The notes: generated from the letters alone by a model not told the origin. Shown: positions 48,040-58,037, counted from the first letter of the stretch. The stretch: DNA of 64,000 nt from an uncultured Flavobacteriaceae bacterium (GCA_963703125.1 OY969790.1:2575832-2639831), one strand, 5' to 3'. Numbers and translations are program-made.

Positions 48040-50404
48040 TCAAGAGAAAGAAATTGAGTTATTAAAACGTGCCCTAACTCGCCAAAAAAAAGCAAGGATT
48101 GCGGCAGAGCAGATTCTAGAGAAAAAATCGAAGGAACTCTACGATGTTACACACCATTTAAAAGAGGCGAATGCCAAGCTAGAGAATCTATTGACCGAGA
48201 AGACTTCTGAACTAGATGGAGTGTTTATCAACATTATTGACCCTTATGTGGTGATGGACATGAGTTTTAATGTGGTTAACATGAACACTTCGGCAAAACA
48301 ATTTTTAGGCTATGACCATACGAAAGAGTGTGTTAACTTAACCAAAATGGTTCATGAGGATTTTGTGGAATATACCGCAGAATCAATGAAATCACTTTTA
48401 AAAGTCGGCGTACTTAATAATTACAGGGCCAAAATCAGGACTAAGGATCAAACCGTTAAATGGGTCGAAATAAATAGTAGTCTAATATATAATCAAGAAA
48501 GAAAGCCTATTGCCGCTCAAGGTATAATAAGGGATATAACGAAGGAAATGGAGATAAAGCAGTTGCTGTCTGAGCAAAAGCGACAACTGGATATTATCTT
48601 GGAGAATTCCCCCTTGGGAGTTGTTCTAATAGCTGAAGGTAAATTCATCAAGGTGAATACGGCTTTTATAGATCTAATAGGTTATGGTGAACCTGAATTA
48701 AAAAACCTTACTGTACATGAAATAACCTACCCCGAAGATAAGAATGTGACTAAAGACTTCTTAGCTAAGATGAAAGATGAGGAGATTGACAATTTCACCG
48801 TTACAAAAAGATACTTGCGTAGAGATGGCAGTATTCTATATGCAAGATTATTGGTCAGTGCCGTAAGAAATATTGATGGTGTTGATGATTATCAAGTTGC
48901 CATTATAGAGGATATTCGCAAGGAAATGGAGGCTGAAGAACGATTAAAGGCTTCTGAGAATAGACTTTCTACGCTTATCTTAAATCTACAAATGGGCGTG
49001 TTGTTAGAAGATGAAAACAGAAAAATACAATTGACCAATCAGATGTTCTGTGATCTCTTTCAAATACCTGCCACTCCAGCGCAAATGGTTGGGGCGGATT
49101 GCACTTCGTCTGCCGAGCAGTCAAAATCACAATTTAAAGACCCAGAGGGTTTTGTAAAGAGAATCGACACCATATTAACTAACAAAAAGACTGTCTTATC
49201 CGATGAGTTGGAAATGATAGATGGTAGGGTTTTAGAAAGGGATTATATCCCCATTTTTAACGAAGATATTTATAAAGGTCATCTTTGGTCCTATCAAGAT
49301 ATAACGCTTAAAAAAAATTATGAGGCTACATTAAGTGCCGAAAGAGAGAAGTATAGTAGTATCATCGCCAACATGAACCTTGGGTTATTAGAAGTCGATA
49401 ATAATGATACTATTCAATTAGTGAATCAAAGTTTCTGTGCCATGAGCGGTTTTTCTGAAATTGAACTTTTGGGAAAAAAGGCAGCGGATGTTCTTAGGGT
49501 TAAAGAGAAAGAGGTCATTAAATCAAATGAGGACAAACGATTAAAAGGTGAATCTGATTCTTATGAAGTGCAAATTTTGGATAAATCGGGTGAAATAAAA
49601 CATTGGCTTATAAGTGGCGCCCCCCGTGTGGATAAAAATAATAATGTTATTGGTTCCATTGGTATTCATTTGGATATTACCAAACAAAAGGTATTAGAAT
49701 TGCAAAAGGAACAATTGGTGCAAGAATTGGAAAACAGTAACAAAGGGCTGCAAGAATACGCACATATTGTTTCGCATGACCTTAAATCACCTTTAAGGAG
49801 TATTAGTGCATTATCTACTTGGTTGCAGGAAGACTATAAAGATATTTTAGATGAGACCGGAAACCAACATTTGCAAATGATGCAAGAAAAGGTAGCTTCA
49901 ATGGATAAATTGATCAGTGGTATTTTGGAATATTCCACAGCCAATAGTTCTAATTTGGATAATACAACGGTAGACTTAAATACGGTTATCGATACTATAA
50001 AAGAAACGATTTATATACCGGATCATGTTGAATTATCGGTTCCTCAAAAGTTACCTAATATTATTGCCGACAAAACCAAAATGCATCAGTTGTTTCAAAA
50101 TATACTTTCAAATGCCGTGGTACATATTGAAAATGAAAAAGGGCTGGTAGAAGTTTTGTTTTTGGATAATGCGGACCAATGGCAATTTACCATTGCCGAT
50201 AATGGGGTAGGAATTCCTGAAAAACATCATAAAAAAATATTCGAAATATTTCAATCTGTAGGTAATAATGAACGGTCAACGGGGATCGGATTATCAATAG
50301 TTAAAAAAATAGTGGATCGGTACAATGGTGAAGTTTGGGTTGAAAGTGAGGTGGGCAATGGTACGAAATTCCATTTTACCCTAAAGAAACAAGACCTAGC
50401 CTAA
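48017..50404 (+). CDS. Multi-PAS sensor histidine kinase (HisKA plus HATPase_c, no receiver domain)
   Basis: 795 aa. It has an N-terminal coiled coil, several PAS-like repeats, the H-box IVSHDLKSPLR and the G-box GIGLSIVKK. It overlaps the H-NOX gene by 23 nt. Confidence 0.9.
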   Translation: MILSKMDSQEKEIELLKRALTRQKKARIAAEQILEKKSKELYDVTHHLKEANAKLENLLTEKTSELDGVFINIIDPYVVMDMSFNVVNMNTSAKQFLGYDHTKECVNLTKMVHEDFVEYTAESMKSLLKVGVLNNYRAKIRTKDQTVKWVEINSSLIYNQERKPIAAQGIIRDITKEMEIKQLLSEQKRQLDIILENSPLGVVLIAEGKFIKVNTAFIDLIGYGEPELKNLTVHEITYPEDKNVTKDFLAKMKDEEIDNFTVTKRYLRRDGSILYARLLVSAVRNIDGVDDYQVAIIEDIRKEMEAEERLKASENRLSTLILNLQMGVLLEDENRKIQLTNQMFCDLFQIPATPAQMVGADCTSSAEQSKSQFKDPEGFVKRIDTILTNKKTVLSDELEMIDGRVLERDYIPIFNEDIYKGHLWSYQDITLKKNYEATLSAEREKYSSIIANMNLGLLEVDNNDTIQLVNQSFCAMSGFSEIELLGKKAADVLRVKEKEVIKSNEDKRLKGESDSYEVQILDKSGEIKHWLISGAPRVDKNNNVIGSIGIHLDITKQKVLELQKEQLVQELENSNKGLQEYAHIVSHDLKSPLRSISALSTWLQEDYKDILDETGNQHLQMMQEKVASMDKLISGILEYSTANSSNLDNTTVDLNTVIDTIKETIYIPDHVELSVPQKLPNIIADKTKMHQLFQNILSNAVVHIENEKGLVEVLFLDNADQWQFTIADNGVGIPEKHHKKIFEIFQSVGNNERSTGIGLSIVKKIVDRYNGEVWVESEVGNGTKFHFTLKKQDLA

Positions 50405-50411
50405 AAGTAAC

Positions 50412-51539
50412 ATGAAAATAGAGCAATCAATAAAAATAGTAAACGGGCCATTTGTATATGAAAATGAAAGAATACAACTTAATAATCCTTTGGTTCTAGT
50501 TTTTGGCGATCGTTTCATGTTGGAACAGGAAGAACTGCTTGCTGAGGTGAAATCCATATATCCTACCGGGCATCTGGTTTTCGGTAGCACTTCTGGTGAA
50601 ATCATTGGAGCTACTGTTTTAGATAATTCGTTGACCATGACTGCGATAGAGTTTGAAAAATCTCAATTTTTGGTCAAGAAAAAGAATGTTTCTGATTTTC
50701 AAAATAACGATTTTGAATTGGGGAAATCACTTTTAAGTGAATTTCCTAAAGAAAATCTGAAGAATATATTTTTAGTGTCAGAGGGTAGTTTTGTGAACGG
50801 TAGTTCTTTAATTTCAGGATTTAAGAACGGAAATCAAGAGGTTAATATTTCTGGTGGACTTTGTGGTGATGGGAATCGGTTTCAAAAGACCCTTTGTTCT
50901 TATAATGAACGACCAAAGGAAGGTGAAGTGGTAGCCATTGGTTTTTATGGTGATACCTTAGAAATCAGTAGTGCAAGTTATGGTGGTTGGTCAACCTTTG
51001 GCCCTGAACGTAGCGTTACTAAATCAAAAGGAAATATATTATTTGAATTGGATGGTAAGCCTGCGTTAGATCTCTACAAGGAGTATTTGGGAGAAAAGTC
51101 GAAAGAATTGCCAAAATCAGCATTACTGTATCCACTTAATGTCTGTGTTGATGACCAACAACCCATTGTACGTACCATATTGAATATTAGTGAAACACAG
51201 AATACAATGGTACTTGCTGGGGATATACCAGAAGGTTCCACAGTGCAATTGATGATGTCTACTGTCGATGATATTGCTGAAGGTGCCTCTATAGCTGCTA
51301 AATTGGCCATGGAAAATCGGGTTCATAAACCCGAATTAGCTATCTTAATTAGTTGCGTAGGAAGAAAACTGGTTATGGGGCAACGTACCGAAGAGGAGAT
51401 TGAAGAAGTAGTTTCCATTATTGGAGAAGATACTGTTGTTACCGGTTTCTATTCTTATGGGGAAATGGCACCATTTTCTGGTCAAGAATCTTGTAGATTG
51501 CATAACCAGACCATGACCTTAACCTTAATTAGCGAATAA
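50412..51539 (+). CDS. FIST-domain sensory protein
   Basis: 375 aa. The C-terminal GFYSYGEMAPF..LHNQTMTLTLISE is characteristic of FIST_C. Confidence 0.8.
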   Translation: MKIEQSIKIVNGPFVYENERIQLNNPLVLVFGDRFMLEQEELLAEVKSIYPTGHLVFGSTSGEIIGATVLDNSLTMTAIEFEKSQFLVKKKNVSDFQNNDFELGKSLLSEFPKENLKNIFLVSEGSFVNGSSLISGFKNGNQEVNISGGLCGDGNRFQKTLCSYNERPKEGEVVAIGFYGDTLEISSASYGGWSTFGPERSVTKSKGNILFELDGKPALDLYKEYLGEKSKELPKSALLYPLNVCVDDQQPIVRTILNISETQNTMVLAGDIPEGSTVQLMMSTVDDIAEGASIAAKLAMENRVHKPELAILISCVGRKLVMGQRTEEEIEEVVSIIGEDTVVTGFYSYGEMAPFSGQESCRLHNQTMTLTLISE

Positions 51540-52597
51540 TGCATTCTTTACTGAGCAGACAATTAAGGAAAAAATTACCGGAGCGTTTTAGGGACGACCC
51601 CGGGCTTCAGGATTTTTTGAAATCCGTAGATCAGTCCTATGAGGATTTTGATGATAAGCTTACCATGCTGCAAAGAGCCACTACCATAAGTTCTAAAGAA
51701 CTGTCTGAAGCTAATAAAGAATTGTCCAATGAAGCCGAAAGGCAAAAATTGGTTTTGCAATCATTAAGCGAAGCAATGGTCAGTCTTAATTTAAACTTGG
51801 GTATTGATCAAGAAAAAGATATTGAAATACTACAAAATATTAAGGTGGAGAAATTGGCGGTCCACATTAAAAACTTGGCCATTAAAATTTCAAAGATCAA
51901 TCAAGAAAAGACTGATTTACTTAATGATTTAGAAGCAAGAAACGAATCTTTAAGTAATTATATACAGATTGTTTCGCATGATTTAAAGTCTCCCTTAAGA
52001 AATATCAACACATTAATGAGTTGGATTCTTGAAGAGGAAAAGGACGGTTTTTCGTTCGAGAGTAAAAAGAACTGTGTGCTGGTAACTCAAAATCTTTCTA
52101 AAATGGAGCAGCTCATTAGTGGTATATTAGATCACGCCACCATTGGGGCGGCGCCTGAACATAGAAGTGAGGTTTCCATTGATGAACTGATGATCGAAGT
52201 TAAAAATAATCTTGATGTTCCTGAGAATGTCACCTTAAAATGGACAGAGCATATGCCGACCATAACTATCGAGAAAATTTGGTTGGAGAAGGTATTTTAC
52301 CATCTTATAAACAATGCCTTAACTGCGGTGAAAAATAGGAGTGAGGGTAAAGTTTATGTAGGTTATGAAGAGGATAATAGCTATTGGAAATTTTCAGTTT
52401 CCGATAATGGTATCGGTATAGCAAATCGTTACCATAAAAGTATATTTGAAATTTTTAAAAAGTTAGAAAATGATACTGCCTCTGCAGGGGTAGGTCTTGC
52501 TATTTCGAAGAAAATAGTAAATCTATACCAAGGAGACATTAGTCTTTCATCAAAGGAAGGTGAGGGTAGTACGTTCTTTTTTTCTCTAAAAAAATAA
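51539..52597 (+). CDS. Cytoplasmic histidine kinase (coiled coil plus HisKA plus HATPase_c)
   Basis: 352 aa with H-box IVSHDLKSPLR and G-box GVGLAISKK. Its start overlaps the FIST stop (TAATG). Confidence 0.85.
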   Translation: MHSLLSRQLRKKLPERFRDDPGLQDFLKSVDQSYEDFDDKLTMLQRATTISSKELSEANKELSNEAERQKLVLQSLSEAMVSLNLNLGIDQEKDIEILQNIKVEKLAVHIKNLAIKISKINQEKTDLLNDLEARNESLSNYIQIVSHDLKSPLRNINTLMSWILEEEKDGFSFESKKNCVLVTQNLSKMEQLISGILDHATIGAAPEHRSEVSIDELMIEVKNNLDVPENVTLKWTEHMPTITIEKIWLEKVFYHLINNALTAVKNRSEGKVYVGYEEDNSYWKFSVSDNGIGIANRYHKSIFEIFKKLENDTASAGVGLAISKKIVNLYQGDISLSSKEGEGSTFFFSLKK

Positions 52598-52599
52598 TT

Positions 52600-52920
52600 A
52601 TGAAGCACGAACCAAACATTTCATATATTATTGAACTTTCAGGAGATGACTCAGACTTTCAAGAAAAGTTCATCAACATTTTAAAGGAAGAATTCCCAGA
52701 AGAAAAAGCCGTTTACCTAAACGCTGTTCAGCAAAAGGATTTTACAAACGCGGTGGAAATAGTACATAAACTCAAACATAAATTCAATATTTTAAGCATG
52801 TATGATGCATACGCTTTAGCGGTCACATATGAATTGGAATTGAAAAATAAAGATCTTGGTAACGATAAGGAATTCATTATAGCTTTAAATGTGGTGGATT
52901 CATACTTAAAAACTATTTAG
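52600..52920 (+). CDS. HPt-like histidine phosphotransfer protein (tentative)
   Basis: 106 aa, predicted helical. VHKLKHKFNIL resembles the HPt HxLKG motif. Confidence 0.45.
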   Translation: MKHEPNISYIIELSGDDSDFQEKFINILKEEFPEEKAVYLNAVQQKDFTNAVEIVHKLKHKFNILSMYDAYALAVTYELELKNKDLGNDKEFIIALNVVDSYLKTI

Positions 52921-52922
52921 CA

Positions 52923-53630
52923 ATGAATTGTATAATTATAGACGATGAGACCGCAGCTAGAGCGGTTGTTAGTCATCTTTGTTCCCAAATCACGGAATTA
53001 GATGTAATCGAAGAATTTGACAATGCGATAGACGCCATTAAATTTCTGAACCAACAAGTGATTGATGTGGTGTTCCTGGACATTCATATGCCAGGATTTT
53101 CGGGAATCGATTTTGTTCAAACACTTAAAAACCCGCCCCATATTGTATTGACTACCTCGGATACGGAATTTGCTATCGAGGCATACGAATATGAATCCAT
53201 AGTTGATTATTTGGTAAAGCCAATTACTCTAAACCGTTTTGAGAAGGCAATTAAAAAAATAAGGAACGTAAACGAGAACAGTAAACACAAAGAAAATGTG
53301 GTTCATAAAACACCTTTGAACCAAGAGCTTTATATCAATATAGATCGTAGACTTATCAAATTGAAGTTTGACGAAATTCAATTGATTATGGCACAAGGTG
53401 ACTATATCGATATAACTACCGAGAGTAAAAAATATAGGGTTCATACAACATTGAAGAAAATCAAGGAAAAATTACCGGAAACTATTTTTCTTCAAATTCA
53501 TCGTTCATACATCATTAACTTCACAAAAATCATTGATATCGAGGATAATAGTGTTTTAATTGAAAAAAACGTTGTTCCCATAAGTCGTTCTAGTAGACCA
53601 GAATTAATGAGAAGACTTAATTTGGTATAA
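52923..53630 (+). CDS. LytTR-family response regulator (receiver plus LytTR DNA-binding domain)
   Basis: 235 aa with VVFLDIHMP and YLVKP in the receiver. The C-terminal LytTR pattern is IHRSYIIN..PISRS. Confidence 0.9.
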   Translation: MNCIIIDDETAARAVVSHLCSQITELDVIEEFDNAIDAIKFLNQQVIDVVFLDIHMPGFSGIDFVQTLKNPPHIVLTTSDTEFAIEAYEYESIVDYLVKPITLNRFEKAIKKIRNVNENSKHKENVVHKTPLNQELYINIDRRLIKLKFDEIQLIMAQGDYIDITTESKKYRVHTTLKKIKEKLPETIFLQIHRSYIINFTKIIDIEDNSVLIEKNVVPISRSSRPELMRRLNLV

Positions 53631-53826
53631 TTTTTTCTAAGAGAAATATCTGTCAAAAAATTCAATAGTATTCTCCCTTTGATCTTAGGCCTAGATTCAA
53701 TGAACATGATACACTGAATACTGTAATATTAAAAGGTTTAAGTAATTAAGGCTGATTTTGATTTTGCCCTCTTAGAGGTAAAATTAATTACATTAAAAAT
53801 CAATTGGACTGTTGCAATTATCCAAT

Positions 53827-55899
53827 TTATTGATTTTCAATTCTTGTTTTCATCTTAGTATAGTAAATAGGCTTGTCTAGAAATAGCCATTTCAGTTTGC
53901 ACCCAACTTCAGTAAATTCAAAACCTGCTGCGGTAGCCGATGCAATGTTGCTATACTTTCCATATAGATTGGCACTAAATCTTTTTGAGAATTGATGCTG
54001 TACTGCTGCTTCAGCCCTGAAAATTGTTGTGTTGGGATCTTCTTCGACCTTTTGGAATCCGGTTGCCGCGCTGATCATATAAGTTGTCTTTTCAGAAAAA
54101 TTTCCACGTAGATCAGTAAAGATTTCAACGGCCTGATACTGTTCAGGACTAAAGTAAATAGTGGGTACTTGATTTTTAAACGTAATATATTGATAGTTTA
54201 CGCCCATTTTTAAAGCAGGTTTTTGCAATAGGGTGTAGTATAAAGAAGTAAATAGTAGGTTTCGGGTATTCGAATCACTTTGTTGGGTATGCATTAACTG
54301 TGTGTACCAACCTAAATTAATGTTAGTGCCCAAATTGTAATTTAATCCGTAATGGTGTTGTATAATTTCACGTTCAATAAGTTCCGCATTAAAGTTTTGA
54401 ACTTCTCGCTGATAGCCTAAAGTTAGATTCTGCAATTTTAAGGGCTCTAGCATTAATCTGGCCTCTAAGACCGGTTGGGTATAGGCATCGTCCATAAATC
54501 TGGAATTGTTAAAACCAATAACTGTTTTTAAAATGGTTTTGGGAAAAAGTTTGTACCGTAGACCGGCCAAGACTACATGAGAATTGGCTTTGTTATTGGT
54601 AACCGAATTCTCGGTTGTCCTATAAAAATAGGATACAGTTGTTCTGAATTTAGTGGAAAAGGGTACTTCAACTGTAGTATTGGTGTAAAATGCCACATTA
54701 TTGCCGTTATCAAAAGTATAGGCCGCATGTTCCTCAATACTAGGGGTATGCATTAGATTTAGTTTTTCTATAAAACCTAAAGCGTCCTTTTGATTTTCGT
54801 AAAAGGCGAGGGTTTTGTAAGCCATCTCGTAGGCTGGCAGTATTCTATCAGCTGCAAAAAGAGCGTTTGCCTTACCCAAATTCCCGTCAAAAGACGTACT
54901 ATCCTTTTTTAAAATAGCATCATAACTTTCTAAACTGCTTTTTACATCTCCGGTATATAGTCCCAAGGTTGCTTTTAATCCAAAAACCCAACTGGGAATT
55001 GGTTTATGATTTTCTAAACTATCAATTTGTTGCTTAGCTTGTTTAAATTTTCTGTTCCATATCATCGCTTGTATGTACCTGTCATAAGTACGTTCCTTGA
55101 GTTCCGTATCTGTTATTTTTGAAACTTTGATTTTAGCACGTTCAGCTATTTTAAGCGCTTCTTTGTCCTGTTCTCCAATATGTTCTGCTAATGCTATGCC
55201 GTTTAAGGCTGTAATTGAATCCTTTGGTGAGGTAGCATATCTTTGATACATCACCTTTGCACTATCAACCTGTTTTGTTATTAGATATAGGTTGGCTAGA
55301 TTGAGCAATGCATCTTTGTCTTCAGGAAAATCGATAAAGATTTTATTCAATAGTTCTTCTCCTTGGGTATAGTTCTGTTTATTTACAAACGTATTTGCGT
55401 AGCCCAAATTCATATATTTTCTAGAGGTAAGGGCACTAGTATTTCCAGGTTTGAGCAACAAAGCATTTTCGACCATTTCAAGCGCTGCTCTATACTCCTT
55501 TAAATTACTAAGTGTATTCGCATAGCCAAGAACGGCACCAAATTGATTTGGATTTTCCTTTACCAGTTCTGCATAAAGTGGTCTGGCCTTTTCATATTCC
55601 TCTGCCCACAAAAAAGACTCATTATAATTTATTAGTATTTCGAAGTCGTTGGGGTATTCTTTTAGCAACTGAGCAAATAAGTCAGTTGCCTTTTTTGGTT
55701 CTCCACTTAATCCTACTGCGCGCGCATAGCATAATTGGGCTGTTTTATTGTTAGGGTCGGATTTTAGATATGCTTCAAAAAATTCTTCGGCTTCTGGAAA
55801 ATTTCCCTTCTCCAATAAACCAAAGCCTTTGGTCATATCGGTTTGGGCCCAAATGATAGTAGTTGAAAATAGCAGGATTTGTAAGAGAAGTGTACGCAT
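53827..55899 (-). CDS. Outer-membrane TPR-repeat plus C-terminal beta-barrel protein (PgaA/BcsC/PelB-like export scaffold, tentative)
   Basis: 690 aa with a signal peptide. The N-terminal roughly 380 aa are TPR-like helical repeats. The C-terminal roughly 300 aa show an alternating beta-strand pattern ending in an aromatic-rich terminus. Confidence 0.55.
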   Translation of the reverse strand: MRTLLLQILLFSTTIIWAQTDMTKGFGLLEKGNFPEAEEFFEAYLKSDPNNKTAQLCYARAVGLSGEPKKATDLFAQLLKEYPNDFEILINYNESFLWAEEYEKARPLYAELVKENPNQFGAVLGYANTLSNLKEYRAALEMVENALLLKPGNTSALTSRKYMNLGYANTFVNKQNYTQGEELLNKIFIDFPEDKDALLNLANLYLITKQVDSAKVMYQRYATSPKDSITALNGIALAEHIGEQDKEALKIAERAKIKVSKITDTELKERTYDRYIQAMIWNRKFKQAKQQIDSLENHKPIPSWVFGLKATLGLYTGDVKSSLESYDAILKKDSTSFDGNLGKANALFAADRILPAYEMAYKTLAFYENQKDALGFIEKLNLMHTPSIEEHAAYTFDNGNNVAFYTNTTVEVPFSTKFRTTVSYFYRTTENSVTNNKANSHVVLAGLRYKLFPKTILKTVIGFNNSRFMDDAYTQPVLEARLMLEPLKLQNLTLGYQREVQNFNAELIEREIIQHHYGLNYNLGTNINLGWYTQLMHTQQSDSNTRNLLFTSLYYTLLQKPALKMGVNYQYITFKNQVPTIYFSPEQYQAVEIFTDLRGNFSEKTTYMISAATGFQKVEEDPNTTIFRAEAAVQHQFSKRFSANLYGKYSNIASATAAGFEFTEVGCKLKWLFLDKPIYYTKMKTRIENQ

Positions 55900-56015
55900 T
55901 ATTTCAGGTAAGATTAATACTACAAAACTTAACGTTCGTATTTGTTTTTTATTTCTAATTTCTTGAAGTATAAAGGTAGATAGTCTTCTTTCTAGCCGGA
56001 AGTAGGTTAATTGTT

Positions 56016-56048
56016 ATTCAACTATGCATAATTGCCATCGAACTATTT
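56016..56048 (+). promoter_or_regulatory. Phased repeats ATTCAACTATGC / ATCGAACTATTT (21-nt period) related to the 46929 repeats
   Basis: The first repeat matches ATTCGACTATAC at 10/12 positions. The AACTAT cores at 56020 and 56041 are 21 nt apart. The pair lies 79-111 nt upstream of the ATG at 56127. Confidence 0.35.
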
Positions 56049-56126
56049 TGTGTTGTTATGGTTGGCTAAGTGAGAGATATTTGCTTCATCAATAAAAGAA
56101 AACTTAACCTATTTAAAACATTTATT

Positions 56127-56429
56127 ATGGCATTACAAATTTCAGAAGCAAGAGGAGTATTTTCAGTATTTGGAGAATTGAACAGTTATACTGTAGCAAT
56201 TCTTACAAGACACATGAGTAATTATATTAAAAAGGACCAACGTGTCATTTTAAATTTAGAAAGGGTAAAAAAAATAGATGTTTGCGCGGCCTATACCATT
56301 AAGAAATTATTTATGGATGCAGTAGGTAAGAGCAGTATTTTTTCAATAGTGGCCATGGAAAATAAACAAGTGATGGATGTTTTTAATGAAACACAAATTA
56401 CATATATCGTAAGTAATGATCGGTACTAG
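56127..56429 (+). CDS. STAS-domain protein (anti-sigma-factor-antagonist-like)
   Basis: The likely start is MALQISEARGVFSVFGEL, and the layout LNLERVKKIDVCAAYTIKKL is STAS-like. No partner kinase or phosphatase is present in the window. Confidence 0.5.
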   Translation: MALQISEARGVFSVFGELNSYTVAILTRHMSNYIKKDQRVILNLERVKKIDVCAAYTIKKLFMDAVGKSSIFSIVAMENKQVMDVFNETQITYIVSNDRY

Positions 56430-56748
56430 ATATGTTTAGATCATAGTTTTCCCCCAGCACGTTGTTTTGGGTTGTCTACTTTATTGATTAGGTAGCTATT
56501 CATACAAAGTGCTTTTTTTATGGGATAGCAGATACTACAGTGGTATCTACTTTCCATTTTAATAGTAAAGTAGCACTTCCAGATTTATCGATAGTATTAT
56601 TTAAGATTTTTTAGGTAGGTAAAAGGCTTATCGTCAAAGGAATACCATTCGTCTACAGTAAATATCTATCCATCCTAAACTTCTCATTTTAAAGTATAGA
56701 TCATCGCAAATTTGCTTCAGAAATAAACTTAACCTAAAGTAAAAAAAG

Positions 56749-57987
56749 ATGAAACTAGCAATTGTTACAGCATTCCCACCGAGTAAAGTTACCTTGACCG
56801 AATACGGATATTATTTGGTAAAACATTTTCGATTACAGAAAGAAGTGACCGAAATTATTTTGATTACCGATAAAACACCAGAAGAAAAAGATCTTAATTT
56901 TAATGAGGAAGGGTGTAAGATTACCGTGAAAGAATGCTGGAATTTTAATGACTATTCAAATATTTTTAAAATCAGCAAGGTTTTAACGGACTCAAAACCA
57001 GATGCCGTATTGTTCAATCTTCAATTTTTAAAATTCGGAGATAAAAAAATACCTGCAGCGTTAGGTTTGCTACTGCCTTTTGTTTGCAAATTCAAGGGAA
57101 TTCCAACGATCTCTTTACTGCACAATATTTTAGAGCAAGTAGATTTGGATAATGCTGGTTTTACCTCGAACAAGGTATTACAGAAAGTATATAATTTTAT
57201 CGGTACCACGTTAACAAAATTTGTATTGGCATCAGATGTATTGGCGGTGACCATGAGCCAATATAAAAATATACTTGACAAAAAATACAAAGCAAAGAAT
57301 GTTGCCATAATTCCTCATGGCGCTTTTGACACGCCACCGGAGCCCGATTATACATTAAAACAAGGACCCAAACAAATCATGGCATTTGGCAAGTTTGGAA
57401 CTTATAAAAGAGTAGAAGTTTTAATCGAAGCTGTAGAATTGATTAGAAAAAAAACGAATGAAAATCTTGAAATTGTTATTGCGGGTACAGATAGCCCTAA
57501 TACACCGGGTTATTTACAGAACATAAAAGAAAAGTATGCACACGTAGAACAGTTACGTTTTACGGGGTATGTGGCAGAAGAAGATGTACCCGTTATTTTT
57601 AATGAAAGTGCAATGGTCATTTTCCCCTATACTTCCACAACAGGCAGTTCTGGAGTTTTACACCAAGCGGGTAGTTACGGTAAAGCAGTGGTATTGCCAG
57701 ATTTAGGAGATTTGAGTGTCTTGTTAAAAGAAGAAGGCTATAGAGGTGAATTTTTTGAACCTGAAAGACCGGAATCTTTGGCAAAAGCTATCGAAAAGAT
57801 ATTACAGAATGACTCATATAGGGTCAACCTGGGTAAGGTTAATTATAGTGCGGCTTGTTCGCTACCCATGTCAAAAATTACCCAAATGTATATCGATTAT
57901 TTTGAAGTTATTAAAATGGTCAAGTCCAAAGGATTTAGTTTGGATGTGAATAAAATTGATAAGAAACTACTAAGTCAAAGAGTTTAG
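56749..57987 (+). CDS. Glycosyltransferase family 4 (copy 1 of a paralog pair)
   Basis: 412 aa with FPYTSTTGSSGVLHQAGSYGKAVVLPD. By eye it is about 70 percent identical to the 60671-61900 product. Confidence 0.8.
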   Translation: MKLAIVTAFPPSKVTLTEYGYYLVKHFRLQKEVTEIILITDKTPEEKDLNFNEEGCKITVKECWNFNDYSNIFKISKVLTDSKPDAVLFNLQFLKFGDKKIPAALGLLLPFVCKFKGIPTISLLHNILEQVDLDNAGFTSNKVLQKVYNFIGTTLTKFVLASDVLAVTMSQYKNILDKKYKAKNVAIIPHGAFDTPPEPDYTLKQGPKQIMAFGKFGTYKRVEVLIEAVELIRKKTNENLEIVIAGTDSPNTPGYLQNIKEKYAHVEQLRFTGYVAEEDVPVIFNESAMVIFPYTSTTGSSGVLHQAGSYGKAVVLPDLGDLSVLLKEEGYRGEFFEPERPESLAKAIEKILQNDSYRVNLGKVNYSAACSLPMSKITQMYIDYFEVIKMVKSKGFSLDVNKIDKKLLSQRV

Positions 57988-58004
57988 GTTAGGTGAAGTG
58001 GAAA

Positions 58005-58037
58005 GGGAAGCGACCTGGTTAGTCGCTCCCTTTTTTT
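58005..58037 (+). terminator. Intrinsic terminator
   Basis: GGGAAGCGAC pairs with GTCGCTCCC (one bulge), followed by T7 at 58031-58037. Confidence 0.7.
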
